A stretch of DNA of 64,000 nt, from contig NC_052161.1 of NCBI RefSeq assembly GCF_902713615.1, positions 11,381,171-11,445,170 of the forward strand, read 5' to 3'. Positions 1 to 11,500 of the stretch are shown one piece after another (positions within the stretch are counted from its first letter, which is position 1; every line of letters starts with the position of its first letter). The notes below the pieces were generated by a model that saw only the letters and a program-made list of their open reading frames with translations, had not been told where the DNA came from and ran no database searches. Source of the DNA: Scyliorhinus canicula. Taxonomy: Eukaryota. The position numbers and the translations under genes were made by a program.

Positions 1-664
1 CAAACTGATTAATTGGCCCACCTAATCTGTACAATTTTGCTTCATGTGGAGCACTGACCAGCTCTGAGGCACAACATGCTGATAGAATAGAATTCCTCAG
101 TGCAGAAGGAGGCCATTTGGCCCATCCGTTCTGCACCAACCCTCTGAACGAGCACCCTACCTAGGCCCACTACCCCACCTTATCACCCTGACCCTGTACC
201 CCCACCGAGCCGGCATATCTTTGGACGCTAAGGGACAATTTGTGTTGTGGGGGAACAATTGGCAAGTTGTGCTATTCTGATATGAGGGTGAAGGATGGCC
301 CCTCGTCATTGAAATAGGCCTTTGCTCGACATGTATCCTACCCTGGATTTGATCTGGAAACTCTTCCAGGCCGGCACTGAAGACTAAAGTGAGGGGTAAA
401 CTCTGAACCCTGGCATTGTTCACCTTGCGAAGCATTAGAACCAAACAATAGCTCAAGTTGTTCCATGAACCATTCACCATGCCATAGCCCAACAGCTGAG
501 GAACGTGAGAGTTATAGTTTGTCATTCCCACTCCTCTGTCCCCTCCACTGACTCACTGTGAGAAACCGGTCTGCACATTCATTACATCCAATAAATTAAA
601 AGATTGATGCTTTGACAATTAAAAACAAACAAGAGAGATAAAATTGCCATCTGAAGTAGATTAC

Positions 665-716
665 CTTCACATCTTCATGAATTCCCAAATCTTGAGAACA
701 GGCAGATGAAGAGAAA
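665..716 (-). CDS. AS3MT: Arsenite methyltransferase, probable coding exon 2 (FSSSACSQDLGIHEDVK); downstream exons lie left of the window
   Basis: Minus strand tttttctAG|T TTC TCT...GAT GTG AAG|GTaatc with canonical splice sites. IHEDVK| resembles the AS3MT N-terminal segment (human EIQKDVQ, followed by TYYG). It lies downstream of BORCS7 on the same strand, as in the human gene order. Only 17 codons, so synteny carries much of the call. Confidence 0.62.
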
Positions 717-1784
717 CTAGAAAAAATATTTTAAACTAATATTATCCTTTGTTGTTGCTTCTCTTAAAAACAAGACATTTAGCAATGACACGGTAAAAAT
801 AAATACATTCATGGAAGATCCAGTTACCCACAGGAGGTGGGTGTCACTGGTTAGGCCAGCATTAATTGCCAATTCCTAATTGTCCTACAGAATGTGCTGG
901 TGAGCTGCCTTCTCGAACCGCTGCAGTCCATGTGGTGTAGATACACCACAGTGCGCACGTTCATGGCCCCACATACTAATAGTCTGCAAAGGATAGAAAT
1001 GCAGAATGCTATAGGTCCTAATGAAGGAATAATAGGTCCAGGACAGCATGTGACCAAAGGTTCTGAGCGTCTGAAAGGTGGGAAGGAATTCCAAAGCTTT
1101 GGGAATGGCTGCCAATGTTTCAGTGGTAAAAATCCGAGACGCTCAAAAGGCCAGACCTCGGAGGTCTCGACACTCCTCCAGTTTTAGCCTCTTGAGAATC
1201 TAGGATTGTGGGGCTGGGGGGCATCATAGGGGACAGGAAGTAATTATTTTACTGAATCATGCGATAGGCTCATCGAAGAGAGCAAGGCGAGCTCCTGTGA
1301 GTGGAGCACACCTCATGTTATGAAAGTCCAAAGTGGAATAGTTAGCATTATTGATCGGAGTCCCGATAGTCTGCTGGAAATTGCTTTATTACCTTTTGGG
1401 GTAGAGAAGAACTTTACAGAGTTTCAGTCTAAATTTGGCTCAGATTTAGTTTCTACTATTGCACCTCTCCCAGGATACTCATGATTGGGGGCCTGGGTGA
1501 TCAATGGGTTCGGATATGATGCATTGTGTATTGATGGAGTAGGCTGGATAGAGCAGACAGGCTTTCCCTGTCCTCTAGGCTGACACTCCCGTGCAGTACT
1601 GAAGGAGTGCTGCATATTGGTGGCGTTTTTGACTGAAGGAGTGCTGCATATTGGTGCTGCCTTCGAGATGAGTGATCGCTCAGTAAACTTCCCGTGGCAC
1701 TATTTTGAAGGGTGCAAGGGAGTTCTTCCCAGAATCCAGGCCAATATTTATTCCTCAAGCAAAATCACAAAGAATGATCTGGTC

Positions 1785-2110
1785 AGAGTGGCTAGCACTG
1801 CTGCCCCACAGGCCCAAAGTCCCAGGTTTAATTCAGGCATCAGGCGACTGTTTGTGTGGAGTTTGCACGTTCTCCCCGTGTGTGCGTGGGTTTCCTCCGG
1901 CTGCTCCGGTTTCCTCCCACAGTCCAAAGATGTGCAGGTTAGGTGGATTGGCCATGCTAAATTGCCCTTAGTGTCCAAAAGGTTAGGTGGGGGGGGGGGG
2001 GGGGGGGTTACAGGAATAGGGTGGAGGTGTGGGCTGTAGGCTGCACTTTCCAAGGGCCGGTGTAGATTCAATGGGCTGAACGGCCTCCTTCTGAACTGTA
2101 AATTCTATGA
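1785..2110 (+). mobile_element. HE1/V-type SINE with CR1-like tail
   Basis: tRNA-like head, core GGAGTTTGCACGTTCTCCCCGTG...GGTTTCCTCCCACAGTCCAAAGATGTGCAGG, tail GGCCTCCTTCTGAACTGTAAATTCTATG. Confidence 0.8.
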
Positions 2111-3099
2111 TTATCACATTGCTGCTTGTGGGATCTTGCTGTGTGCAGATTAGAGATAGAGAAATACAGCACAGAATTAGCTTTACATTTCCTATATCGC
2201 AACAGTGACTACACTTCAAAACTTCATCGGTTTGGAAATTTCAGAAATCATGAAAGAGGCTTTAATAATGCACCAATTGACATTCTGGGATAGTCACTCG
2301 GGCGGCAGGACGAGCAGCTCAGGGTTCACCTCCCCCAAGAAAAGAGGGGTAAAAGTTCAAGGAAACAATTTGTCCTGGTGGAAAATAAAAGACAAGGTTT
2401 GCCCGGAATTCCTCCAGTTCCAAAATCCGCAGCTGGGCTGGATTCATTTCACACAATTAATAACAACAATCTGAAGGCCAAGACCACCAGGAAACTGGGC
2501 TGATTGCAAAATCACAGAAACAGTGAGCTCAGCCTGCCAAAGTAACTCTGAAAAACTAGAGGGCAAGAGTGAAAGACTGCAGAGGGTGTTCAAGATTGTG
2601 TTTAAATCCTTGATTCTTTTTCAGCCACTCAGGGGGTGTGCTGAGGCCAGAACTTATTGCCCATCCCTAATTGCCCTCGATGGAGGTGGTTGTCGCCCTC
2701 TTGAACAGTCTGTGTAGTGTAGGTACACCCACGGTGCTGTTAGGAGGGGGGTTCTAGGATCTTGACCCAGTGACAGTGAAGGAACGGCGATATAGTTCCA
2801 AGGCAGGAATGTGAGAGATTTTATTGGGGGGGGGGTTTAATTAAGCAGTCAACAGTAGCAAAGATTTGAAAATCAACTACGTAACATTCCACATATCACA
2901 CTAACCATTAAACCACAAGGAAAGGTCACCGTTCCATATTGGTTACCAATACAAAGCTATATCAGCTAATTCTCCCACAAAACACAAACACTCAGTATCA
3001 CTCCATCGCAGGTTCCTCAACAGAAACAGAGAATGAGCCTGAGAATGTGTCATCACGTCCAGAACTTTGTCATAGAAATGATCTTTCCATCAATGTGTG

Positions 3100-3390
3100 A
3101 CTTGTTTCATGTATCACTGCCATTCTCCGTCCAGGAGCCCTCCCACATGGCCCAATCTCACCGGAACCAAATCCTGGTATCCATATGTTCCGCTCAAGGT
3201 TCAGTTGAACATCCTTGACTTCCAGCATGACTCGCCAATCTGCAAAAGCATTTCTTCAGTGGCATCATCAGGTGGTCCATTTGGATCAATGTCACACACC
3301 AGGTCCCACAGCGTCTTTTTGCTTCAAACTGGGTTGCCTTCTGGACTCATATCTGAGCCCAGTGTTCCAGGACCCAGGTATCTTAGAAAA
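3100..3390 (-). pseudogene. TAF12: TAF12 (TFIID subunit 12) processed pseudogene
   Basis: Minus-strand translation: KIPGSWNTGLR / MSPEGNPV*SKKTLWDLVCDIDPNGPPDDATEEMLLQI / MLEVKDVQLNLERNIWIPGFGSGEIGP...RMAVI. Human TAF12: KIPGTPGAGGRLSPENNQVLTKKKLQDLVREVDPNEQLDEDVEEMLLQI...TLEVKDVQLHLERQWNMWIPGFGSEEIRP...RMALI. Intronless, with a stop at 3324-3326, frameshifts and an internal deletion. Confidence 0.88.
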
Positions 3391-3433
3391 ATTGTCCTTC
3401 TTTCCGGCTACAGAAAAGGAAGGAAACAGCAAC

Positions 3434-3648
3434 TGATTTGTGGTCAAGCACTTGACAAATAACCACGCGTGCTTCTGGATAATGGTGAAAAACTGGGTAA
3501 AGGATCCTACCAATTCTGATGTACATGTGTTTCGTTCCATGTCTCCCACAGGGGCTGGTTTAGCACAGTGGGCTAAACAGCTGGCTTGTAATGCAGAACA
3601 AGACCAGCAGCGCGGGTTCAATTCCCCTACCGGCCTCCCTGAACAGGC
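3434..3648 (+). repeat. Left arm of a 215-bp inverted duplication (non-SINE sequence plus 5' part of a short tRNA-SINE)
   Basis: Reverse complement of 4820-5034, about 11 mismatches and no indels by manual alignment. Confidence 0.9.
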
Positions 3649-3715
3649 GCCCAGAATGTGGTGACTACAGGCTTTTCACAGTGGCTTCATTGAAGCCTAC
3701 TTGTGACTTGTTCTT

Positions 3716-4354
3716 TGAAGGCATACAGCATGCTTGCCTTCATTGGACGGGGTATTGAGTGCAAGAGTCGGCAGGTCATGTTAAAGTTGTATCGGACTTT
3801 GGTTAGGCCACATTTGGAATACTGCGTGCAGTTCTGGTCGCCACATTACAGAAGTATGTAGATGCTTTAGAGAGGGTGCAGAGGAGGTTCACCAGGATGT
3901 TACCTGGTATGGAGGGTGCTAGCTATGAAGAAAGGTTGAGTAGATTAGGATTGTTTTCGTTGGAAAGACAGAGGTTGAGGGGAGACCTGATTGAGGTCTA
4001 CAAAATTATGAGAGGTATGGACAGGGTGGATAGCAAAAGCTTTTTCTAAGAGTGGGGGTGTCAATTACAAGGGGTCACGATTTCAAGGTGAGAGGGGGAA
4101 AGTTTAAGGGAGATGTGCGTGGAAAGTTTTTTACGCAGAGGGTGGTGGGTGCCTGGAATGCTTTGCCAGCGGAGGTGGTAGAGGTGGGTACGATAGCATC
4201 ATTTAAGATGCATCTGGACAGATATATGAACGGGTGGGGAATAGAGAGAAGTAGACCTTGGTAAATAGGCAACAGTTTAGATAAAGGATCTGGATCGGCG
4301 CAGGCTGGGAGGGCCGAAGGGCCTGTTCCTGTGCTGTAATTTTCTTTGTTCTTT
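3716..4354 (+). mobile_element. CR1 LINE 3' fragment
   Basis: ORF2 C-terminal motifs (LVRPHLEYCVQFW, TRGH, FFTQRVVGAWNALP) and a TTCTTTG-repeat tail. Confidence 0.85.
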
Positions 4355-4819
4355 GAAGGCATTCAGCAGTACAGCAATAAGTTATTATTATTATGTTATG
4401 TGCTTTAATGCTACTGTGGTTATGTGGCATTATTCACATGCCAGTTCTTGATTTCTCTATTGAACTCTTGAATAGGATCAGTCCTCTTCTAACCCAGAGT
4501 GCTGAAAGTATCTTGGTTTTTCGGTCATTTTGCGCATTAATACTGAGGCTACAAGAGCAGTTGAGACGCTGGGAATTCTGCAGCGAGTGACTTGTCTCCT
4601 GACTCCCTAAAGCCTGTCCAACATGTACCAGGCACTAATCAGGAGTGTGATGGAATCCTCTCCGCTTGCCTGGATGAGCACAGCCCCAACAACACTCAAG
4701 CAGCTCAGCATGATCCAGGACAAAGCAGCCCTCCTGATTGGCATCTCAGTCAACATCAATTTCTGACACTTCCCAGCTGCAGGTATGTTTGCTGCTTGCT
4801 CCTGCTGGTGGCTGCAGAT

Positions 4820-5034
4820 GCCTGTTCGGGGAGGCCGGTACGGGAATTGAACCCGCGCTGCTGGCCTTGTTCTGCATTACAAGCCAGCTGTTTAGCCCAC
4901 TGTGCTAAACCAGCCCCTGTGGGAGACGTGAAACGAAACTCATGTACATCAGAATTGGTAGGATCCTTTAACCAGTTTTTCACCATTATCCAGAAGCACT
5001 CGTGGTTATTTTTCAAGGGCTCGACCACAAATCA
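4820..5034 (-). repeat. Right arm of the 215-bp inverted duplication
   Basis: Reverse complement of 3434-3648. Confidence 0.9.
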
Positions 5035-5318
5035 CGAGAATAATTTTCCCGCCTTGGTATGGTGGAATTTCAAAAGCACAATCTCTAGGTTGCTTATCCA
5101 GGACTGTACGAATGGAGCCACTCCATTCTAGATTGGCACAGCACCGCCCACACCCTCAGACCAGCCTGCAGCACTTTGGAGACAATAATTTACTCATGTG
5201 TCCATTCCTCCACCATTCTAAAATCAGGAAACTTCAAGCGTAGTTTTCGGAGCTGTAGAATGGCCAATCTATGTAAACCAGCAGATTCCCTTCATAACCA
5301 GATAGCTGCTTGGTGTGA

Positions 5319-5547
5319 GGGCAGCACGGTGGCGCAGTGAGTAGCACTGCTGCCTCACGGCGCCGAGGTCCCAGGTTCGATCCCGGCTCTGGGTCACTGT
5401 CCGTGTGGAGTTTGCACATTCTCCCCGTGTTTGCGTGGGTTTCACCCCCACAACCCAAAAGGTGCAAGCTAGGTGGATTGGCCACTCTAAATTGCCCCTT
5501 AATTGGAAAAATGATTGGGTACACTAAATTTATTAAAAAAAAAAAAA
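5319..5547 (+). mobile_element. Poly(A)-tailed V-type SINE with 17-bp TSD
   Basis: TSD ATAGCTGCTTGGTGTGA at 5302-5318 and 5548-5564; A-tail. Confidence 0.9.
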
Positions 5548-6475
5548 ATAGCTGCTTGGTGTGAAAGATATTAATGGGTTCTACTTTAATACTGGTCTCG
5601 AGCAAATAATTGAACCGTCGAAACACCCCCTGGGTAACACATTTCCTGTCCCCCTCGCCCCCTCCCCACTTTAATGGCTTTCACGATTATCTTAAATCCA
5701 TCGTTTTACCACTTTAACAACTACAGGGAAACAATCTTATCACTTTCACCTAACCTTGAAGATTCTCTCAAGTCACAACGTAAACAGCTGCAGTTTAAAC
5801 AAAAATGTAGTTAACTTCTCAAGCGTTAAATCAATTCTGATAAAGGCCTCGTAAATCCACATTGGACTTTCTCCCCACTGCTTTTGAATTGCCTTACTGT
5901 GATTAAACATACAACACAGGACATCAACCAGTGTGAGAGCTTGTAAAAAATCACAATTAGCTCCAACTGCACACACATTCTAGATTTAAAAAAAATATCC
6001 ATTGATGGGAAGTGGGCATCGCTGGCTGTGCCATTGCTTATGGTCCATCCCTAACTGGCCTTGAGAAGGTGGTGGTGAGCTGCCTTCCTCAACTGCTGCA
6101 GTCCATGTGGTGTAGGTACACCCACAGTGCTGTTAGGGAGGGAGTTCCCGGATTTTGACCCAGTGACAGCGAAGAAACGGACTTGAGGGGGAACTTGGTG
6201 ATGTTGGCATTTGCCACCCTTGTCCTTCTAGGTGGCAGGGATTGTATTGGCGAATTGCTGCAGTGAATTTTGTACAAATGTTGCTTTGCAAACTAACTGC
6301 ATCAGGGGGCATTAAACCCAACACGATGCTTACCAGGCAGGAAAGAGTGATTTATTTTGCAACATGTTGTGACATCCCCAGTTTATGTCGTTCTGCCAAC
6401 GCACAAAGCGCCTCTCGCCCTCTAACTCTGCTCTCACACTCGCTTGGTTAGCGTTAAGGATAGAAACACAAATAC

Positions 6476-6504
6476 CTTCGCCCGGAACACTGCTCCCGTG
6501 CCAT
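6476..6504 (-). CDS. AS3MT: Candidate first coding exon of AS3MT (MAREQCSGR + AG)
   Basis: gcgATGG Kozak context, donor AAG|GTattt, phase 2 matching the 665-716 exon, in a locally CpG-richer non-repeat stretch. An alternative candidate is at 6334-6365. Confidence 0.4.
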
Positions 6505-6639
6505 CGCCAGCTTCCTGCACACCCCCAGTCTCAACGTCCCAGCGTGTTTCCGCAATCGCCTGCTCCACATGACCATGGAACAAGTCTGTCAATCATCTGT
6601 CACAGGGTTCGAATCCCGGAGCAGGGAGAGCTGCACGGG

Positions 6640-6715
6640 GAGAGTGAAGACTCATTCACAAAGAGAGAGTGAAGACTTATTCACAAAGGGAGAGTGAAGA
6701 CTCACAAAGGGAGTC
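6640..6715 (+). repeat. Short tandem repeat, about 25-bp unit, 3 copies (GAGAGTGAAGACTCATTCACAAAG)
   Basis: Direct inspection. Confidence 0.7.
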
Positions 6716-7019
6716 TTGCCCCCTTACCTGTGACACTGCTGAAAAGCTGCCCCCAAATACTGCCTTGTATTTCTGATCTTTAAAATAAAAGTGTATACAA
6801 ATCTTTTTATTTTATTTTATAATGCAAGGCTCACTCTTTCTAACTGTGGATCGATGGCAGAGGCAATACAGCTCAGAAGGAGGCCATTCGGCCCGTCGTA
6901 TTCATGACCACTTTGGAGAGCAATCCAGCCAGTGCCACACCCCACACCCCCACCCTGTTGGCCCTGAATGCGTCCTCTTGAAATAGTTGATCATCTAATC
7001 GTGGAAGAATGTTCTCCAT

Positions 7020-8517
7020 TGTAGCTTTCTGTGGTTCGCCACAACACTGACTAGGGGGCGGCACGGTAGCAAAGTGGTTAGCACTGTTGCTTCACAGCGC
7101 CAGGGTCCCAGGTTCGATTCCCGGCTGGGTCACTGTCTGTGCGAAGTCATGGTACGGCGATTAGGTGGTTAGCACTGCTGCCTCACAGCTCCAGGGACCC
7201 GGGTTCTCCCCGTGTCTGCGTGGGTTTCCTCGGGGTGCTCCGGTTTCCTCCACTAGCCCCGAAAGATGTGCTGTTAGGTAATTTGGACATTCTGAATTCT
7301 CGTTCTGTGTACCCGAACAGGTGCCAGAATGTGGCGACTAGGGGCTTTTCACAGTAACTTCATTGCAGTGTTAATGTCAGCCTACTTGTGACTGTCAAGA
7401 TTATCAACTAAGACAGTAGTCGTAGTACGTTTATTTAAAGTTTATTTCACCAACTCTGCAGCCGTAAGAAACACTTGAACTCTCCCAGAGGTCCCAAGGA
7501 ATTCTGGCGTGTTCCAGCCACGCGACATTGAATCATAGAATCCCTACAGTGCAGAAGGAGGCCATTTGGCCCATCGGGTCTGCACCAGCCCTTGGAAAGA
7601 GTTCCCTACGTAAGCCCACACCTCCACCCTATCGTCATAACCCAGTAACCCCACCTAACATTTTGGATACTGAGGGGAAATTTAACGTGGCCAATCCACC
7701 TAACTTGCACATCTTTGGACTGTGGAAGGAAACCGGAGCACCCGGAGGAAACCCATGCAGTCATGGGGAGAAAGTGCAGAGTCCGCACAGACAGTGACCA
7801 GAGGCTGAAATTGAACCCAGATCCCTGGAGCTGTGAGGCAGTAGTGCTAACAACCGCACCCCCGTACCATCCAAATACACTAGGCACAGGGCCGGCTCAA
7901 GCTACCAGCAACTCGTGCAGTCGCCCGGGGCGCCATGTGCTAGGGGGCGCCATCAAGGAGTGCGTGACCGGCGTCAGAGACCCGGCGCCGCGTAAAAGAC
8001 TCAGGTCCCGCGCATGCGCAGTTGGGCCGGTGCCAACCAGCGCATGCGCGGTGGCCGCCCTCCCCCAGGCCGCCCCGCACAAACATGGCGGATGGATCCA
8101 GGCTCGCCGGTGGAAGAAAGGAGGCCTGCCGACAGAGAGACCGGCCCGCCGATCGGTGAGTCCCGATCATGTACCAGGTCACTCCGGCCCCCCCCACCCT
8201 CGGGCCTCCTCCGCCCCCCCCCTCGGGCTCCCTCCGCCCCCTCCCCTCCGACCCCCGGCCCCCCCCTGACCCGACCCCCCCCCAACCCGACCCCCCCGAC
8301 CCGATCCCCCCCCGACCCGACCCCCCCCCCGACCCGACCCCCCCCCCCGACCCGCCCCCCCCCCCCCCCCCCCCCCCCGCCGCCCCCCCCCCCCCCCAAC
8401 CCGACCTGACCCCCCCCCCGGAGGGGCGCCGAAGTTCAGCTTGCCCGGGGCGCCAGCAACCCTAGGGCCGGCGCTGACTAGGCATGACCACGTCATCACA
8501 TGACAACCCTGTCTACA
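7020..8517 (-). mobile_element. Gypsy 3' LTR, interrupted by two SINEs (about 7054-7410 +, 7530-7865 -) and a hAT element
   Basis: TGTAG...CTACA termini; polypurine tract (plus-strand poly-C, about 8518-8529) directly adjacent on the integrase side. Confidence 0.6.
7887..8476. mobile_element. Non-autonomous hAT-type DNA transposon, 590 bp, with an internal C-rich CCCGAC repeat
   Basis: TIRs CAGGGCCGGC / GCCGGCGCTG; perfect 8-bp TSD ACTAGGCA at 7879-7886 and 8477-8484. Confidence 0.88.
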
Positions 8518-8529
8518 TCCCCCCCCCCC

Positions 8530-11500
8530 GGTTAGTTTGGGCCCCCAGTGATATGAAGTGTAACTATACACAGTGAAAACTATACAGTGGCATGTGTACA
8601 AAAGCAGTTAGCTGAAGAGTGTTCAGTGGTTCGTGTAAACAATGAAACACAGGATGGGCACTTGCCACTTAGAGCAATACCCATTGTTTATACTTCTCCC
8701 CTTCCTTTCACCCTGCGGTTGAAGACAAAACAAAACAACATTCACCAGTCCGAACAGTCTCCGGTGGCAAAACCCCAATATCGTGTGTTCTCCTGCTCAG
8801 GTGTGTGATAACACCAACAGGCGGAGAGGATAACATTCTATGGCCCGCGTCCATCTCACTGGATTCATGTGACTCGTGTGAGACGTGAGACCCGCCGCAT
8901 CGGACTCCAATGGTGTCTGCATGAACGTGGAGGATGTGGAGGGCCTGTGGTCAAGGCAGGACGGTTGAGTCACAGCACCAGCGGTGATGGTGATGGCTCT
9001 GAAACCCGCAAGAGGTGATGCCGATTGCCTACGTTATCATTGGAAACTACCATGGAGCTGTTGGGTTGTGGGGCCTTGCTGTTGACCACTGCTAACTGCT
9101 TATGGCCACGTGTGGTCTGAATTCAGACCATTTGGCCTGGTGCCAGGGGGCTAAGGCTGTGGGCATGTTGATCTTAATGTGCCTTGTTGTGCAGTCTGCA
9201 TTACGACAGTGTACCTTGCAATTAGACTCAGGTTTGGGCTGCAACAGAGTCTTAGCCGTGGGAATCATGGTCCCAGTACCTGGGAAACAGTGGCTGTGCC
9301 GATGAGGGCAGGCCCTGTCGTGGAAGATTCCGCAGGCTAAGCGATGCAGCACAGTAATCAGTGTGGTCCCATGCACATTTTTCCAAGAGGTGATTGGTTG
9401 AGTGCACCGCTCTTTCTGCTAGCCCATTTGACCGCGGGTGCAGGGGGGTGCTTGTGACGTGCTCAAAGTTCCAGGTGGGTGCGAAATTCCGAAACTCTGC
9501 CGAGACGAATTGTCGGGCATTGTCCATCATGATTCTCTGTGCGATGCCATGTGTGGCAAAGTGTATCTTGAGCTTGATGATCGTCGCACTGCTGGTTGCG
9601 TTCGGAAGGTAGTCGAGTTCGAATGACCCGGAATATGAGTCAATGAGGACCAAGTACTGTTTAATCATTCCCCTGAAAAATATCAGCCACTGTGAACATC
9701 CACGGGAGGTCTGGGAGCTCATGCAGATGTAGCTGTTCCTTTGCTTGGTGGAGCTTCAGTGCAGTACAAGGTGAGCAGAAACTTCCCTGTCAGTGTCCAT
9801 GGAGGGCTAGTACGGTGATTCGTTGGCCCTGGTTTCAGTTGCTTCCAACCCAGGGTGCAGCTGTTGGGTGTAGAACCACTGGAGGGCAGGCGGAAAAACA
9901 AACCGTTGTCCACGCAGGATTAGGCTATGTTGTATGGTTACGTCTTCCCTGAAGGCAAAGGATACGTGGAGCTCGTGAGGAAGCTCCCAGGAGGACCAAC
10001 CTTATTAAATCATGCAGTCATGTTAAATAGAACTTACAGTGCTGAAGGAGGCCATTCGGCCCATCGAGTCTGCACCAGCTCTTGGAAAGAGCACCCTATC
10101 CAAGGTCAACACCTCCCCCTATCCCAATAACCCAGTAACCCCACCCAACACTAAGGGCAATTTTGGACACTATGGGCAATATATCATGGCCAATCCACCT
10201 AACCTGCACATCTTTGGACTGTGGGAGGAAACCGGAGCACCCGGAGGAAACCCACGCACACACGGGGAGGATGTGCAGACTCCACACAGACAGTGACCCA
10301 AGCCGGAATCGAACCTGGGACCCTGGAGCTGTGAAGCCATTGTGCTATCCACAATGGTACCGTGCTGCCCTAAATGTGCACATGTGCATGTGATGTCTGC
10401 TTGTAAACCCTGTTTAACCTCCTGGATACAATGAGAGGACAGCACCTACATTTCAATTATATCCACATTCACCTCACGATCAGCCTGGTCCATAGTGGGT
10501 GGGAAGACGCTGGAGAGGGCATCAGCCAGGTGGAGTTTCTTTCTGTGTTTCTATGTTTTCACGCTGTAACTTTAACATCATGTGTTTCAGGTGTGCAGAT
10601 GCAGTGTGGAGAGGCTTCTTCAGCGTGGTTGGTGGTCTGTTTCAATGGTTACAGGACAGCCATATATGAAATCATGAAATCCCTGACATGCAGGAACAGA
10701 GGCAAGGAGTTCCTTCTCGATTTGTGCCCAGCGAGGTTGAGTGTCAGTGAGTACCCTTGGGTCAAAGGCTACCGTTCTGCCATTTTGTGTGCATACTGCA
10801 CCGAGTCCAGACTGGGAGACATCTGCCGAGGTTAGGGCAGGCGCCTGATCATCAAGTATTGTAGTGTCAGTGGGGTTGCTGATGCTCGTTTGAGCTTGTT
10901 GAAAGATGCTGTGTGGTGTTCTTGCCCACACCATTCGATGCCCTGAAGGAGGAGTTCAGGAAGTGGTCCAGCGACCTCACTATAACGCAGAATAAATTTG
11001 GTGAGGTACTTTTTCATGCTGCAGAATGTGCTTGCCCACAGGAATAGCCATTTGTCGTACGAATGGAGTCTTGCCTGGATCAGGTTCCACATCATCAGTT
11101 GTGAATATTTTATTCATTTAGTGAATGCAAAGTCCCTGAGCCAAGCAGTTTCTTCCAGTTCTGTTGTGTTGAGTGTTTGGATCGGACATTCTTCTATGAC
11201 ATGTTGCATATTTTGTTCTTTCCCTCAGACATATAGGGGGATGACACTGACGTTCCATATGTGGAGGTTGGCCAAGAATGGGACATGGCCGGTCCTGAAG
11301 CTGTTATGGGTGGAACACACTTTCCTTGGAAGATTGATACCAGGAAACTGCCGGGTTGGGTTTGAGACCAGGTACTTTTTTGTCTAGTCCAATTATTCCC
11401 TTTCATTTTTCCAGGTTGAATTTGTGTTGAAGTCCTCTGTGGGCAGGTTTTTCCAGATTGGCCTTCTTGAGCAGCACGGTTAGCACTGTGGCTTCACAGC

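Noticed and set aside
157-531. 124-aa minus-strand ORF as an AS3MT exon
   Set aside because: No AS3MT motifs (YYG, DLGSGSG), and the 3' part runs into a SINE tail.
3550-3640. tRNA-like sequences (A and B boxes) here and at many other SINE heads
   Set aside because: They continue into SINE bodies and tails and show no complete cloverleaf, so they are not tRNA genes.
3708-4362. Apparent 17-bp TSD (TTGTTCTTTGAAGGCAT) around a CR1 fragment
   Set aside because: Part of the repeat matches the CR1 tail motif and part matches internal CR1 sequence, so microhomology cannot be separated from a true TSD.
6640-6715. CRISPR-like array
   Set aside because: The units are adjacent with no unique spacers, in a vertebrate context.
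8001-8601. Pro-rich and Gly-rich ORFs (8014-8409, 8001-8399 and others)
   Set aside because: They are translations of a C-rich low-complexity tract inside a non-autonomous hAT element, with no splice or domain support.
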